From Podarcis tiliguerta (lineage: Eukaryota), in the NCBI GenBank assembly GCA_965153285.1, contig OZ229121.1: a DNA stretch of 64,000 bases; one strand, given 5' to 3'. A program made the position numbers and the translations under genes. The notes beneath the pieces were generated by a model. It had not been told where the DNA came from. It worked only from the letters and a program-made list of their open reading frames with translations, and did not search any database. Below, piece after piece: positions 37,870 to 50,722 of the stretch (positions are counted from its first letter, which is position 1; each line of letters begins with the position of its first letter).

Positions 37870-38420
37870 TGCAGTCCACAGCATAATTTCATGTGGCTCT
37901 CAGCCTAGGTTAAAAGCCCTCTGCAAGTGATCAGTTCAGACCTCTGGTCTGTCCCTCCAGAAAAGCCCACTGGGTGGGAAGAATGGGGGGTTGAGGGAGG
38001 TGAGATGGCAGAAAGTGAGACAGAAGGAGTGGTCCCCGCAAACATTTAGCTGTGACCCCTTCCACAGCAGGTATGTGGTCCTGACAGATTCTAGCCCATG
38101 GAACACAGCCTTTGATGAAAATAAAAATCCCAGCTCTGCCTTAGATATTTCCTGAACTTGACTATGTCTGCCCACTTGCTGACGCTCTCTATTATTATTG
38201 GCTGGCCACAAGCATAATGCCCTTGGCAAGATGGAAGATGATCCAATCAGAAGCTGTCTTGGCTCAGGGGTCTCCAGCTCAGGGGTCTCCAATTCAGGCA
38301 GTTCCTGGTTGTTGGACTCACACTCAGTGTCAGGACCCAGAGGTTGTGCTTCTGTGACTCGCACACACAAACCCCCACAAGTCAGCAGCCAACTCCAGTG
38401 GACAATCTGGGGCATGACCT
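37870..38420 (-). mobile_element. Possible Gypsy-type LTR remnant
   Basis: GC-richer block with 15-bp tandem GCTCAGGGGTCTCCA; termini not defined. Confidence 0.3.
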
Positions 38421-39272
38421 CCCCATTGCCTCCCCTTGGCACCAAGGAGAATAAAGGGCTGGGGAAAATATCCGCCTGAAATCTTGAAAAGCCCCTGCCA
38501 GTAATAGGCTAGATGGGTGAATGGTCTGCCTCAGTATAAAGCAGCAAAGCAGATAGATTCATAGGAATCCTGAAATTCAGTTGGCAAAACACAACTGCTT
38601 TAGATGGTTGTCGTTCACAACACAGAAACGTCTCTTGTACTTAACACATCCTCACTGAAGTCCACAGCAATATTCAGTGTAATTTCAGTGTAATTCAATG
38701 CACACGGAAACAAAAATTGAACCAAGAGACAAAGAAAAGGGAAGGTATCCATTATTCCTCTAAGGTAAGGTGCCATAAAGTTCAGGGTCTTGTTTTACTT
38801 GATTTAAAGCTCTGCTGCCTTTAAAGCAGCATGTCGGACACCCAGAGGTGGCTGCATGCCACTCTTAATTAAGATGGTCTGGAGGTGGGCATACATTAGG
38901 AGATTCTGGCCAGTGGGCTGCTGGGTGCAGCTGCCTAAAGCTCTCGCCCACACAAGCCCCTTTTTCTAGCACTCGGCTTATCAATTTACTTGCAAATGGC
39001 TCTCTGAAGTATTAACCCAGGTTAATTATTCGTCAAATATGATTATGCAGTCGTAATGTAAAAAATCGGAAATGTAGGATGGAATTTTTCACTCCAACGG
39101 TTTGGCAATTGTGGCAGCTGGTGGAGTCGCTGGAGTAATTACCAGCCCATTCCAGTCGGTGGATCAGCCTCCTGGTTCAGCGAGGGGAGGGGAAGGAGTG
39201 GCAGGGAGGTGGAGGAGAGAGAGAGAAGGAAAAAGCAATAAAGAACCAAGGGAGCGGGAATATGAGCCTTGC

Positions 39273-39476
39273 CAATCGACACGGNNNNNNNNNNNNNNNN
39301 NNNNNNNNNNNNNNNNNNNNNNNNNNNNNNNNNNNNNNNNNNNNNNNNNNNNNNNNNNNNNNNNNNNNNNNNNNNNNNNNNNNNNNNNNNNNNNNNNNNN
39401 NNNNNNNNNNNNNNNNNNNNNNNNNNNNNNNNNNNNNNNNNNNNNNNNNNNNNNNNNNNNNNNNGTTCACCTGCAT
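39273..39476 (-). other. Candidate 204-nt exon of the unidentified host gene, interior unresolved
   Basis: Strong acceptor TTGTTACTGTGTCTTTTCAG/ATGCAGGTGAAC; possible GC donor ATTG/GCAAGG; length divisible by 3 if the gap size is exact. Confidence 0.5.
39285..39464. other. 180-N gap or masked block
   Basis: Run of 180 N. Confidence 1.
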
Positions 39477-40572
39477 CTGAAAAGACACAGTAACAATGCT
39501 TCGGGCTCAGCTTGGCAGCAGGTGGTAGCAGTGGAAGCCGAAATTCCTTCTGTAATGCAAACTAAATAAAATCCCAAGTGCTGCCATTTAATTAAATGGG
39601 TGCTTTTTGTGTTTTAAATACAATTTCCTTTCTCTTTCACTCCACCCTGGACCCCACAGTTCACCAAACTTGAGAATTACAATTTTCACACCTTTGAAAA
39701 AGGAAAACAACACCAAAGGTGCCACTGGAAACTTAAAAGCATTTTGGGCACAATGCTTCTACGAGTAAGGTCGTTCGTGCAAGCCCCATATATGAGAGCT
39801 AAGCAGTAGCACAGGGGTATTTCCATACACTTCCAATTAATTTCAGTAGGGCAGGAGATTCTCCCTCTCCAGCAGTTTGAGTTCTCTCTGAGTTTTAAAT
39901 GCTTCCAGCAATGATTTAAAGAAAATGGTTTCAATATAGTCTTAAAACATTTGATCCCAAATAAAAAGTTTTTGTGAAGTTGGTGTTTTAAAATACACAC
40001 CTCCATAACATTTCAGGAAAGCAGATTTTCTTTCCGGTACTGTGCAGCTGAGAAGAGTGAAATTTGTGGTACAGCCTGTTCCGTTTGTGTGCGCGCGATG
40101 GGAGGGGGCAATGATTTCTCCCTCCATGTCAGAGGAATTCATACAGGCACCGAGAGCCAGATTGTGACCTTCCTCATGAACATGGGAAGGGAGCTGATCA
40201 CCTGAGACAATGAGGCTGCAAGTCCTGTGAGTAATTGCTCAATAGTAGGAGAAATAGGTTGATGATCCAGACTAAAAAGAGACCGTGTAACCAGGGCCTG
40301 CTGAAAAACCTGCCTTTGCCGAACAATAGACTCTCCAAGCTCCATTGAGAAGGGTATTTTTCCCCATCTTCAGAACAAAATGGCCTCATTCCATCAGGTC
40401 ACCTACTTCTTTTCTAAACTGACATATCCTACTTTGCTCAATTAAGAAGCCATTAGTTATCAACTCCTCTGTTAATTGTATGTTGTGTAAGTTTTATTTT
40501 TAACTCAGGGTTGCATACAAAAACAGAGACCTTCACTGTAGTTCAAAACATTATATGTGTGGACACCTCACA

Positions 40573-41394
40573 CAAAGCGTGTTCTCATTAAAGGAGAGCA
40601 CGTGTTGCGGATGGGGCCAGACAAAGCACCCCAGGGTTAACAGGCAGGCTAGTTTCAAAGGGATGGAACTGGATTGGTGGTTGGTGTTACTGGGGTAAAT
40701 TTGATGTTGCCAATTTAGGGGTGGGATCAGAGCTTATTTAAACAAGGTGCACAGCATTTTCCTTTCTCTTTCGCTGTGGGCACCGGATCACCCGCCCGCC
40801 CTCCCTTGATTGGGCTTGCGCTTTGACGTTGCTATTGCCTGTCTAGGGGTCGCCTGCATTGGTGCGGGGGCCTGGTAGGAATTTACCTTTTGGCTGATTA
40901 GTGTGTGCCAATTGGGTTTTGCCTACTGCGTAGCAAATCGTCACAACTTGTAAGGTTGGCGGTTAGGCATTGGTTAAAATTGGTTGGTGGAGGGGTGTGG
41001 ATTGGCTGTGCCTACCCCTCCAATGCTGCTGCTGCACGGGAATTCCGTTAAAGGAATTCAGGGGCTTACCATTCCCCTCGTCCAAACCCTTGGTGCAGGG
41101 TGCGGGCCGCGTAAGCTCCTAGGAGCAGGCAGGGATGGTACTGAGGGTCTGAACGGCGCAGCTCCAGTAATCCCTGGGTCCTGTTCCTCCACACTGGCTC
41201 CCGCCGGAGTCCGGGAGTCAGTGCTGTCCCCCAAGGCGGGGGGGACAGCTAGTCATAACCAATGCCTAAGCAACCACTCACAATTTGTATGATAATAAAG
41301 TTGTGGCCAAAATTATGCCAAAAACCTTAAACAAAAATGATGTGTGAAGTGTGAGTTATTGGGTTAGGGTGTTTTGGGGGACCTCAGCACGCAA
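40573..41394 (+). mobile_element. DIRS/Ngaro-like solo terminal repeat (copy 1)
   Basis: End-to-end homology with 53690-54504; TATA-like TTATTTAAA; AATAAAGTTGTGGCC; CAA at both boundaries; no TG..CA with TSD. The repeat is certain, the class is inferred. Confidence 0.75.
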
Positions 41395-41589
41395 CTGTGT
41401 TTGTTGTAAAGTTTAAAATCTTTTTGTAAACGAGAACTGCTGGTGCATGAGTGTATATGCACACACATTGTGTCTTAAGGCTACAGAACTGTCTCTCATA
41501 AAATTTATTTTTTAAACTCTGAAACCATGTTATCAGTGTTGTCACTCACATATTCCTTCATGAATGGGACCTTTGTGGTAATTTCTTAC

Positions 41590-41631
41590 CTGATTTCTCG
41601 AGTGATGTGCTGAGGCCATGTGTGTGGTAAA
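41590..41631 (-). other. Candidate 42-nt exon
   Basis: Acceptor TTTACTCTCCCTGTTTTTCAG, donor CAG/GTAAGA; open in all three frames. Confidence 0.5.
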
Positions 41632-42229
41632 CTGAAAAACAGGGAGAGTAAATGTTTCTCTGGGGTTTACTCCCCGTCTGGTACAAGTGCTGCGTATTAT
41701 CTATAAACGGCATCCCTCAAGTGAAACTCCATAGCACTCCTAGCTTGTCAATCATGGTGCTTCAACCTGCACACCTGCTGTGCCTGGGAGTTGCACCTGT
41801 CTATTTCTGCACCTTTTATCACACAGCACTAACTTGTCCTGCAGTTAGGAACAGCCTTACAACTTGGCATATTCCAGAAACACTCTTGTGAGCAAAAAAG
41901 GGTTTGGCAAAAATAACATCTCATGTCAAAGGCAACATTTATGGCTTCATACATTCTGGCATTGACTATCTCAGGGCCTTTCTTGAAGATGAAACAACAA
42001 CACACACAACCTTTTTTTAGCCCATCCCAGTGCAGCACCAGAAACATAAGACCTCATCCCTAGCTAAAACATAAGCACCTAGAATTACTCTAGAGGAGGG
42101 CAGCTCTTTCAGAAGGTGCAGGCACAAGAAGTGGGAGGTGTGGGCTTCAATGCTGGAGAAGGAAAGCACACAGATAACTAAATTTTCAGATGGGGAGGTG
42201 AGTAAGTTTCATAATTTCATTCATAATTT

Positions 42230-42445
42230 ATTTATTATTCTATTATTCTATTATTCTATCACAAGAGCTCAAGGTGGCATAACACTTCTCCCCTCCATGT
42301 TATCTTCACAGCAACCCTGTGAGGTGGGTTAGGCTGAGAGACAGTGACTGGCCCAAAGTCACCACGGGCCTCATGGCTTAGTTGGGTTTGGACCCCTGGT
42401 CTCCCAGGTCCTAGTCCACCACTCTAACCACTACTCCACACTGTC
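42230..42445 (-). mobile_element. MIR/CORE-like SINE
   Basis: CACAGCAACCCTGTGAGGTGGGTTAGGCTGAGAG core; head CAGTGTGGAGTAGTGGTTAGAGTG on minus. Confidence 0.75.
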
Positions 42446-44177
42446 TCTCCTGATACAGAATGTATTGCTGAGAAAGAGGAAGGAAGTCTTGATGGCATTC
42501 ACAACTTTCCTTTTTGTTTTTATAGGGCTTCCTATGAAATCCTTTCTGGCATGTGGCATGGAAATGCTCAAATGCTGTATGGAAAGCATGGGAGGATATC
42601 ATATTCATCAGTGATATCATATTCACTATCCAATAGATGCCTATAGAATATTTGCAAGAACAGTTAAAACTACACAAATAGAGGACAGTAATGTGTGCAG
42701 AAACAATTTCCAGAAACAAACATTTCTGGAAACATTTCTGCACATTTCCAGAAACAAAAGATTGCTAGTTCTCTCCATTAGAAGTGTTTCATTAAAGGAA
42801 GATACCTGGATTGCCCCCAACAACTGGGTGACAACTGTCCAGTTATGTGCTAAAGCCTATCATCTGAAATTAGCAAGCTAATAATTATATTTTAGCATCA
42901 ATAAAGCATCTTTCTAAAGGCCCCCGCGGTATACCTTTTGCACACTGAAGGCTCATCCCATTAGAAAACTATTTTAGTCTTTTTGCTTACTGGCCAAAAC
43001 ATTGTTAACAAACTCAAAATTAAGTTGGTAACACTCAAGTTAGTATATACCTATCATGTCCTTCAGATAGTTTTTTTAAAAGTTCCTGCAGACCTTTGAA
43101 ACTGTTCAATTTAATTTATTAATGCTTATCCTGAAATCTGATGTTTGGCACCTATGGGACCAACAGCTGGTTCCGAAGATGTCATAGTTAGCTAACTTAA
43201 CTAAGTATGGCTTAGTTGGAGAAGGCAGGGAAATGGAAAGTTCCGTGTAAATAATTAGTTCTATCCTTTTTTGGGGGTCTACTTACAAAGCAGAGGACAA
43301 TATATTTAGCTTCTACATTTTCCCCTTGAGGGCAATCTTTAAGAATCTGCTATACTGCATGGACAAAAAGTCATTTAAAGACTTTGCTACCTTTCATTGC
43401 CCTGAAGCCCAAGTAAGACCTGCAGGCTTCAGATTCTGCACCTATTCCTCCTATTCCACCTATTTTATCCTTTGAGGATAAAAAAAAATACTCCTGCAGA
43501 GCTTTCATAGGCCAAGCTCCATTGCCTGGAAAAACACAATGACTGCACCAAGAGACTGGGTCTATAACGGGCCGATTGCAGGACTCAGAAGGCAAAGTTT
43601 GGCCTTGCTGTTAAGATCTGGCAATTGCAACAAGCCTGCATTGTAACCATTGGTTTTTCCTATTCTCCACTCTGGGATTGTTGCCAGTGGTTCTGAATCT
43701 CTTGCTCCTGCATTTGAATCAGCATCCCTGTTCATCTCTGGAGTCTTGCTATCACACCAGCATGCAGCTGGTTTGGGCAGCTCTGTTGAGCACACAGACA
43801 TGGGCCCTCAAAGCCCTTTTGTAAGCCTTGCTTAACAAAAGCCTACAGCAAATGATCCAATGCCCCATTACTGTCCATGAATATATGAGACCCCCTTAAT
43901 GCCTAACCTATTTTCCTCCATTTTATCTCTTAAGACTTCCCCTCTATCCAGAACACTTAGGGTGAATTCGGATTACATAGTGAAGAAAGCAATTAAGAGG
44001 CATGAGTTCTTCTCTAATGAAGGAATGCTAATGGGGAAGAGCTAACTGAAAGGACTAACAAAGTCTCAAAGCATGCATAAACAGGGATTAAACTGGAGTT
44101 GAATTTCTGTGTTTTGTTGATTTTTTCTCTTTGAACATTATCTTCACGGAAACATAACCAACACATGGAGAACAATT

Positions 44178-44310
44178 GCATAGTAACTCAGTGGCAGAGC
44201 ATATGCCTGGCCTGCAAGAGGTCCCAGTAACAGGTGATGGGAAAAACTTCTCCTGCCTGAGACCCTGGATGCCTCCTGCGAGTCAGAGTTGATAAGGCAG
44301 TTTCTTATGT
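44178..44310 (+). mobile_element. Degenerate Squam3-like SINE
   Basis: AACTCAGTGGCAGAGCAT...GAGGTCCCAG...CTGCCTGAGACCCTGGA...ATAAGGCAGTTTCTTATGT. Confidence 0.6.
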
Positions 44311-44430
44311 ACATCTAACAGGAACAGCAGCAGCAGCAGCAGGAGGAGTCCCTGTGCACATACAAACGTGGCCACATACATGTGGAATATTGTAAAACAG
44401 ACAGTGGTACCTCTGGTTTGTAAAACAGTA

Positions 44431-44656
44431 CAGTGGTACCTCTGGTTACAAACTTAATTCATTCTGGAGGTCCGTTCTTAAGCTGAAACTGTTCTAATCC
44501 TGAGGCGTGCTTTCGCTAATGGGGCCTCCCGCTGTGTGGACGCCTCTGGTGCATGATTTCCATTCACATCCTGGGGCAAAGTTTGCAACCAGGAGCAGCT
44601 ACTTCCGGGTTAGCGGAGCTCGTAACCTGAAGCATTCGTAACCAGAGGTACCACTG
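44431..44656. mobile_element. Tigger-like MITE
   Basis: Perfect TIR CAGTGGTACCTCTGGTTAC; TA TSD; related to 3244-3476. Confidence 0.92.
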
Positions 44657-47600
44657 TAAATAAAAGCAGAGCATGTTTGGACTGCAATCCTATGCACACT
44701 TTCCCAGGATTTCTAAATAGTCATACAGAGGATTGCATAGGATTTTAAGGCTTCCGCTCTCTTGAAATAGTGTGATCAATTACAGCATTTGAACTACCGT
44801 ATATGAGGTGAACTATGGGAAGAGATTTCTATCCAGCTGTCCAGTAAGCATCTTGTTAGAATACAAAGCTACCAGCTTGCATAAGATTTACCATGGATCT
44901 CTCTGTCTGTCTCTCTCACTTTCTGAGCTCTCTTCTTACCCTGCTGAGTCCTAAACTTGCTGGGTTGTTCCCTCCCCTCCCCTCCCCTGGCCGCCCTTCA
45001 GGGTCTCCCTGTGCTTTCAAGTAATGGCACCATATGCAAGCACCAAGTCTTCCCCATATTAGTCTGGAGAGTGCATGGTAATTGTTTTGCCCCCAAAGAA
45101 GCACTGAGAGTCAAAATAAGCTGAAATACATTTATCCACCCCCCAGTATCTTGCTAGCTGCATTAATTTTGCATGCAGCCATATTAATTTGCACCTGTCC
45201 AAAGGGAGAATGTTAGCCAGCCTCTATGCGCGCATTGTGGACATTATAGCACAGAGGAAAAACATGGTATCCACTGCCTTGCACACACAAAAAAGCTGTT
45301 AATGAGAGCTACTGAAATGGTAGCTGTCACCTTGCATCGGATCAGGGCAATCTGTACAATGTAAGGGGAAATTAAAAGCTCCCCGTGGCAATGGATCCTA
45401 TTTCAGTCATTAACTGCCAGGGAGTGACAGAGACCATTCAGAGGACCAAGCCCCTGTGAGCTTCCTCCATCCTCAGGGGAATTCACTGCTAATGCTGTTT
45501 TATGACCCACTTCCTTATGATGTGTAGTGAGCCGAAATGAATAGTTGCATTTATTTATATATTTTGATGCAGCTTATATTTCGGAGCAGTGGGGAGAGAG
45601 CAGCAGAGGCTGACACACAAAACCCAGAAGCATTGAACTAATAAGCAAGCTAGCAATTCGCAACTCGCTCGGCACATATATAATATTAAAGCCTTTGTCC
45701 AGCTGTGTATGTAAGGGAAGCAACATGGAAATGGATTAGAATACAATGAATAACAAGTGTGAAGTTTTTCATCCTCTCCCATTCTCCTTTGAAGTATCTT
45801 CTACTGAGAATGAATAAGGAAAGCAAAAGCTCCAGTAAGTCACATTCCAGTATCAGAAGCATGAAATATATATTTCTATATGTGTTGGAACAAGAAGTTT
45901 CAAAATATTTGCTTCAGTCCTCCCGTTTCCAAAAGCGAGCGAATCAGACAGAAGGACAGAAGGTTACAGATTAGTCCTGGTCATTGCTCAAAGAGTGTGG
46001 GTTATAAATAATAAAGGAATAAAGGGTGAAGGACACTCAAATATAACTTGGGGCCCAGAACAGAATAATAAAAAACAACAAATCTAATTTCCAGCTTTAA
46101 AATATCAAGCAACTTTGAATTCTGAGATATATAGACAGCCCTCCACCCTCAATACAAAACATATAAAGATATATCTTTATATCTAAAGATATAACCATCC
46201 CCATACGCTTACGGTTACAAATTGAAAAATGTACAGAAATGACCTGTTTTCTAGCACATGTAAACAACAATATATGTTGTATAGGACTGTTAAATATTAG
46301 CTACGGTAATTCATCATACACAACCTTCACCTCTCATTGGGAAAGAAGAGAAGGTGCTGAATGATTTTATACATGGAGAAGAAACAATGGTTCTATCACT
46401 TCCTATTAGGGTTGCTGAAGATCCTTTATTTTCAGAAACATCCTTATTCCAAAGGATTGCAATATCTTACTGGAAAAAAATATAGCTCTGTAGAATGCAG
46501 AGGGCATCCAACTTAGCAGACAGCAAATTTTAGAAATTTTGACTGGAAAACACTGTTTCCCTTGGTCGAATCCTTCAAAATCAACCTGTCCAAAACCTTT
46601 TGCAGGCAGACTCTATCTGTGCTGAGAAAATGAGGGGAAAAACCTCCTCTATATTTTCTTCACAGGTTATAAATTACATAAGAAGTCAACTGTTAATATA
46701 AGAAGTCCATCTAGCCCAGTGTTTTCTACTCCAATAGGCAGTTACTCTCAAGGGTGTAGGGGTGCTTGCTAGCCCAACTTCCTATGCTCTTTAAGCCAGA
46801 GAAGCCAAGAACTGAACTAGGGACCTATTATGGAGCCTGCGAACATCTCCAGTCGATTTCACTTGGGCTTCAGTGCTTCACTGAACTGTTATACATAGCT
46901 TTACTCAAATGTCTACAATGCACACCTATGCAAAACAATGGGCTGCCAACGTTCATTCATTTGATGATCCACACATGAATCTGTGGTCTGTATTTTTGTC
47001 CCCACATGAAGCTATAATGGGAAGGGAACTCAAAAGAGAGTCGGGTTCACAAGGAGGGTCTCTCTAAAAGTGTACAGAGAAGCTGTTGGCAGGAGAACAG
47101 GATGGAAGAAATACTACGTCTGGGTGTTGCCGAACCCCTAACTGGAATGACAATATAGGCCAATGGAGAAAGGGCAGCAAGATGATAAGACGATCAGTGC
47201 CTATTAGATAGGATGGCTGTGTTCTGCATCCATGGTCAGAGGCCATAACTTCTAACAGTTACTGGAAACCACAGAAGGAGGCATCTGGCTGGCCTCTGGA
47301 TGGAACATCAGCTGACTCTCTTTATGCTTTTATTCATCATCTTATATACACAAACTCAGCAAAAAGCAAACAACACTGAGACCACACTAATGCTGCAATA
47401 ACAAGGACACAAAAGTTGGACCATGCAAAAAATGTCTGCTACCTATAATGTAATCCTAAAGGATCTTCTTTATCATCATTTATTGAGCTGTGATCTTCAG
47501 TTTTGTGGTGATTTACCTACTGCACAGATAAATGTGCACTGGGTTTGATATTTTGTTTATGACGCGGCCCCAGGCCTTATTTACTACACCCAACAAAAAC

Positions 47601-48197
47601 TGTACATCAGAGTGTAGAATGATCAATTTCCGTATACATGTTTTTTATGATGCTACCATTATATTTGACACTTTCATAAAAATGAACAACTCAACACACC
47701 AGTAAGGTAAGATGGTATTATAAAGATCCACTGATGTACGCTTAGATGTACAGGTTTTCACGTTAAAAAGAAAGAAAATTGTGGTACAAGAAAATGTGAT
47801 TCAACAGAAGATCACGCTTTGGCATCTCCCATTCCTTTAGATAAACTTTGTTAGCAGAACCCACAACAAAAAACATATAATAAAAACAGGCATGTATATA
47901 GTACTTCAGAATGTTCAGAGTGCTTCATACCTCTCTTCTTCTAATCCTCACAACTATCTATCAAGTCAGGTCATTACTATTATCATCATCTCCATCCTGA
48001 GATGTCAGTTTCACAAACTCTGCAACTAGGCCTATTCTTGAATTCTCTAAAACAAAAACATGGCATCAGAGAAACCGTGTGTCCTTGAGAGCAGCTTTTA
48101 CTTAAATCCCAATCCCTAAAATGCTATAGCTGTGTACAGAACTGCAGCCGGCACACTGTATTCCCCCAAAGTTTGGGGCTGGCCCTGCCACTGGGCA

Positions 48198-48198
<1 letters not shown>

Positions 48199-48243
<45 letters not shown>

Positions 48244-48572
48244 TTATTATTTGTACCCCGCCCATCTGGCTGGGTTTCCCCAGCCACTCTGGGTGGCTTC
48301 CAACAAAGATGAAAAATACACTAAAATGTCACATATTAAAAACTTCCCTGAACAGGGCTGCCTTCAGATGTCTTCTGAATGTCAGGTAGTTGTTTATCGC
48401 TTTGACATCTGATGGGAGGGTGTTCCACAGGGCGGGCGCCACTACCGAGAAGGCCCTCTGCCTGGTTCCCTGTAACTTGGCCTCTCACAGTGAGGGAACC
48501 GCCAGAAGGCCCTCGGAGCTGGACCTCAGTGTCCGGGCAGAACGATGGGGGTGGAGATGCTCCTTCAGGTCT
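48199..48572 (-). mobile_element. L2 LINE 3' fragment with long (ATT)n tail
   Basis: Reverse-complement homologue of 8109-8511. Confidence 0.9.
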
Positions 48573-50075
48573 ACTGAGTTCCTTCAGATATACTCAGTGA
48601 GGTGGCGACCTCAGAGGGCAGGTGCTGGTGTTGTCTTAGGACAACAGCCCGTCTGGCCATTTGCTTCTGGGTCTGTAATTCTCTTTGTTCCCACTTTGTC
48701 ATTATTTGTGTTGTTTAAATTCTGCCCCTCTCCCGGTGCAAGGCCCAAGGTGGCTCACAACATGAATTATAAATGGATGCAGCTAAAAAACGACAACCCC
48801 AAAACTACCAGCTACAACTATATTTAACAGCATATATAACAAATTAAGTTATAATATTTTTTAAAAAGCACAGAATAAAAACAGCTTAGAACCATTTAAA
48901 CTTTAAAACCATTAATAGGAATATGAAGTCTCATACCCTCAAGCATTTTCCATTTTTTCATCAAACAGAGTGGGTAAAGGAGAACCCGGGTCGCTTGTTC
49001 CACGTGGGGTTCAAGAGAACCTATAAATGCTTGCTTGCCTACCTTTGGCTCCCTGTCATACCCTTTTCTCTGGTTGTTTCCACATAAGAAGGGGCATCTT
49101 GTTATCTGAGACGCATACGATTTGACCACCAACTATTTGTAACTATGGTAACTAATAAGAAAACTTAGTGTACAGGCATAGCCCTAGACTCCCAGATCAT
49201 CAAGACTATCCGAGGACCTGCTCCTGTTTCTTTGGCAGTGCAATCCATCCACTTCCATCTCTCTTATCTCCCTGACCTTACTCTCTATTCTATCCTCATA
49301 TGGTTCAAATCCAAGTCATTTCAGGTTGCCCAGCCATTATCTTAGCCATTGCCCATCCCTACTTCCCTCCCGCCTCCTGAAAGGCAATATACATGTTCTC
49401 CATTGACTAGTTTCATGGACAGCAAGAGGGAGAGATAGTTGGAGGTCTCTCTCACCCTCTTGCTCCACTTCTCCACAGAGCTAGTCAACGAAAATGCTGG
49501 TTCAGGCAGGATGGCTCCTGGAAACTCTTGCATATAGAATTTCATTAACTGCTGCTTTATATGTAATGAATACAAGTTACTTTTCACTCAGCTGGCAGTC
49601 TGTGTTCTACTGGCATGGAAGGGAGTGTCCCTGTGGTGCGCTGTGACTCCGGGCCCAGGATCTTGGACACTGTGCCCTCTTTGGCAACGTGTGCACATTG
49701 TCAAGTGATTGAGATGTGTGCTAACACTATGCAAGACACTGTGATACGGGAATCATTTCAGTATTCTTCTGCATATTACTATGGCAATGTACACAGAATG
49801 CATGGTGTAGTGCTATAAACAAAATTCATCCATTGGCAGAACGAAGATGTAGTCACATTTACAATGACAGAGCCTATGCCACTCTGGTAATAAATGTTGT
49901 CATGTCATAATTTCCAAACTACAGTGGTCAGCTTCCACAGAAATTGTACCCTTGGTGTGGGAAGTAGCCACACCAGTTGCTCAACAGATGCTACAAGACA
50001 CATGGAATACAGACCCACAGAAGTGACTTTCAGGCTGCCCTAGAGAAATAGGTGATCCTAGAGAAATGCAACTCT

Positions 50076-50078
<3 letters not shown>

Positions 50079-50136
<58 letters not shown>

Positions 50137-50138
50137 TG
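50079..50138. repeat. Compound (CT)n(GT)n microsatellite
   Basis: Directly visible. Confidence 0.95.
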
Positions 50139-50722
50139 CATACATTCACACACATACACAGAGCATTCAAAATTTGAAACTAAATGTTTTTGGCTTTCTC
50201 TTTGACAAGTATAAAATTGTACAAATGTCAGCACACGTCACTGTAAATAAAGAAAACTCTCAATAAAGGTCAGTCCAGAGGAAAGTGAAATTCTTTTCCA
50301 CAGATATACAGCAGAGTACAAAATTAATACGTTCAAGTACTTGCTCTGTTCAGCTTCAGCTTGCAACTTTCCAAACTTCCAATCTTAATGCTAAAAATAC
50401 AGCTGCTATAGGTCCCCCAATTCAGCTTTGGGACACAGTGCTGAAGAAGGGGTTTGCTAAACCTTTTCCTCTGCATTCTTTTTCCAAATTTCCCCCTATG
50501 AAACAGCTGTTTGCATTGAAGTGCAAAACACGTAAGACTCAGTACTCCTGCTTCTCCCACCTACATGGTTCTAGACTCATATAGGCTCTGTACTCCCACC
50601 TGCCCTCTTCCCAAATTGTTTTGCTCCCAAATTGTTTTGCTCAAATAAAAGTGATTCACTATCATCAACCCCATGTATATCTATATAAAAGGAATTGGGA
50701 CAAAGCACAATCCATAACTTAC

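Noticed and set aside
42190-42197. Plus-strand 8-nt microexon (TTTTCAG/ATGGGGAG/GTGAGT)
   Set aside because: Very short pyrimidine tract, frame-shifting length, opposite strand to the better candidates
42694-42744. Short imperfect hairpin as pre-miRNA
   Set aside because: Built from a local CAGAAAC/TTTCTG micro-repeat; no recognisable mature miRNA
48173-48412. Poly-Ile and poly-Leu ORFs
   Set aside because: Translations of the (TAA)n L2 tail
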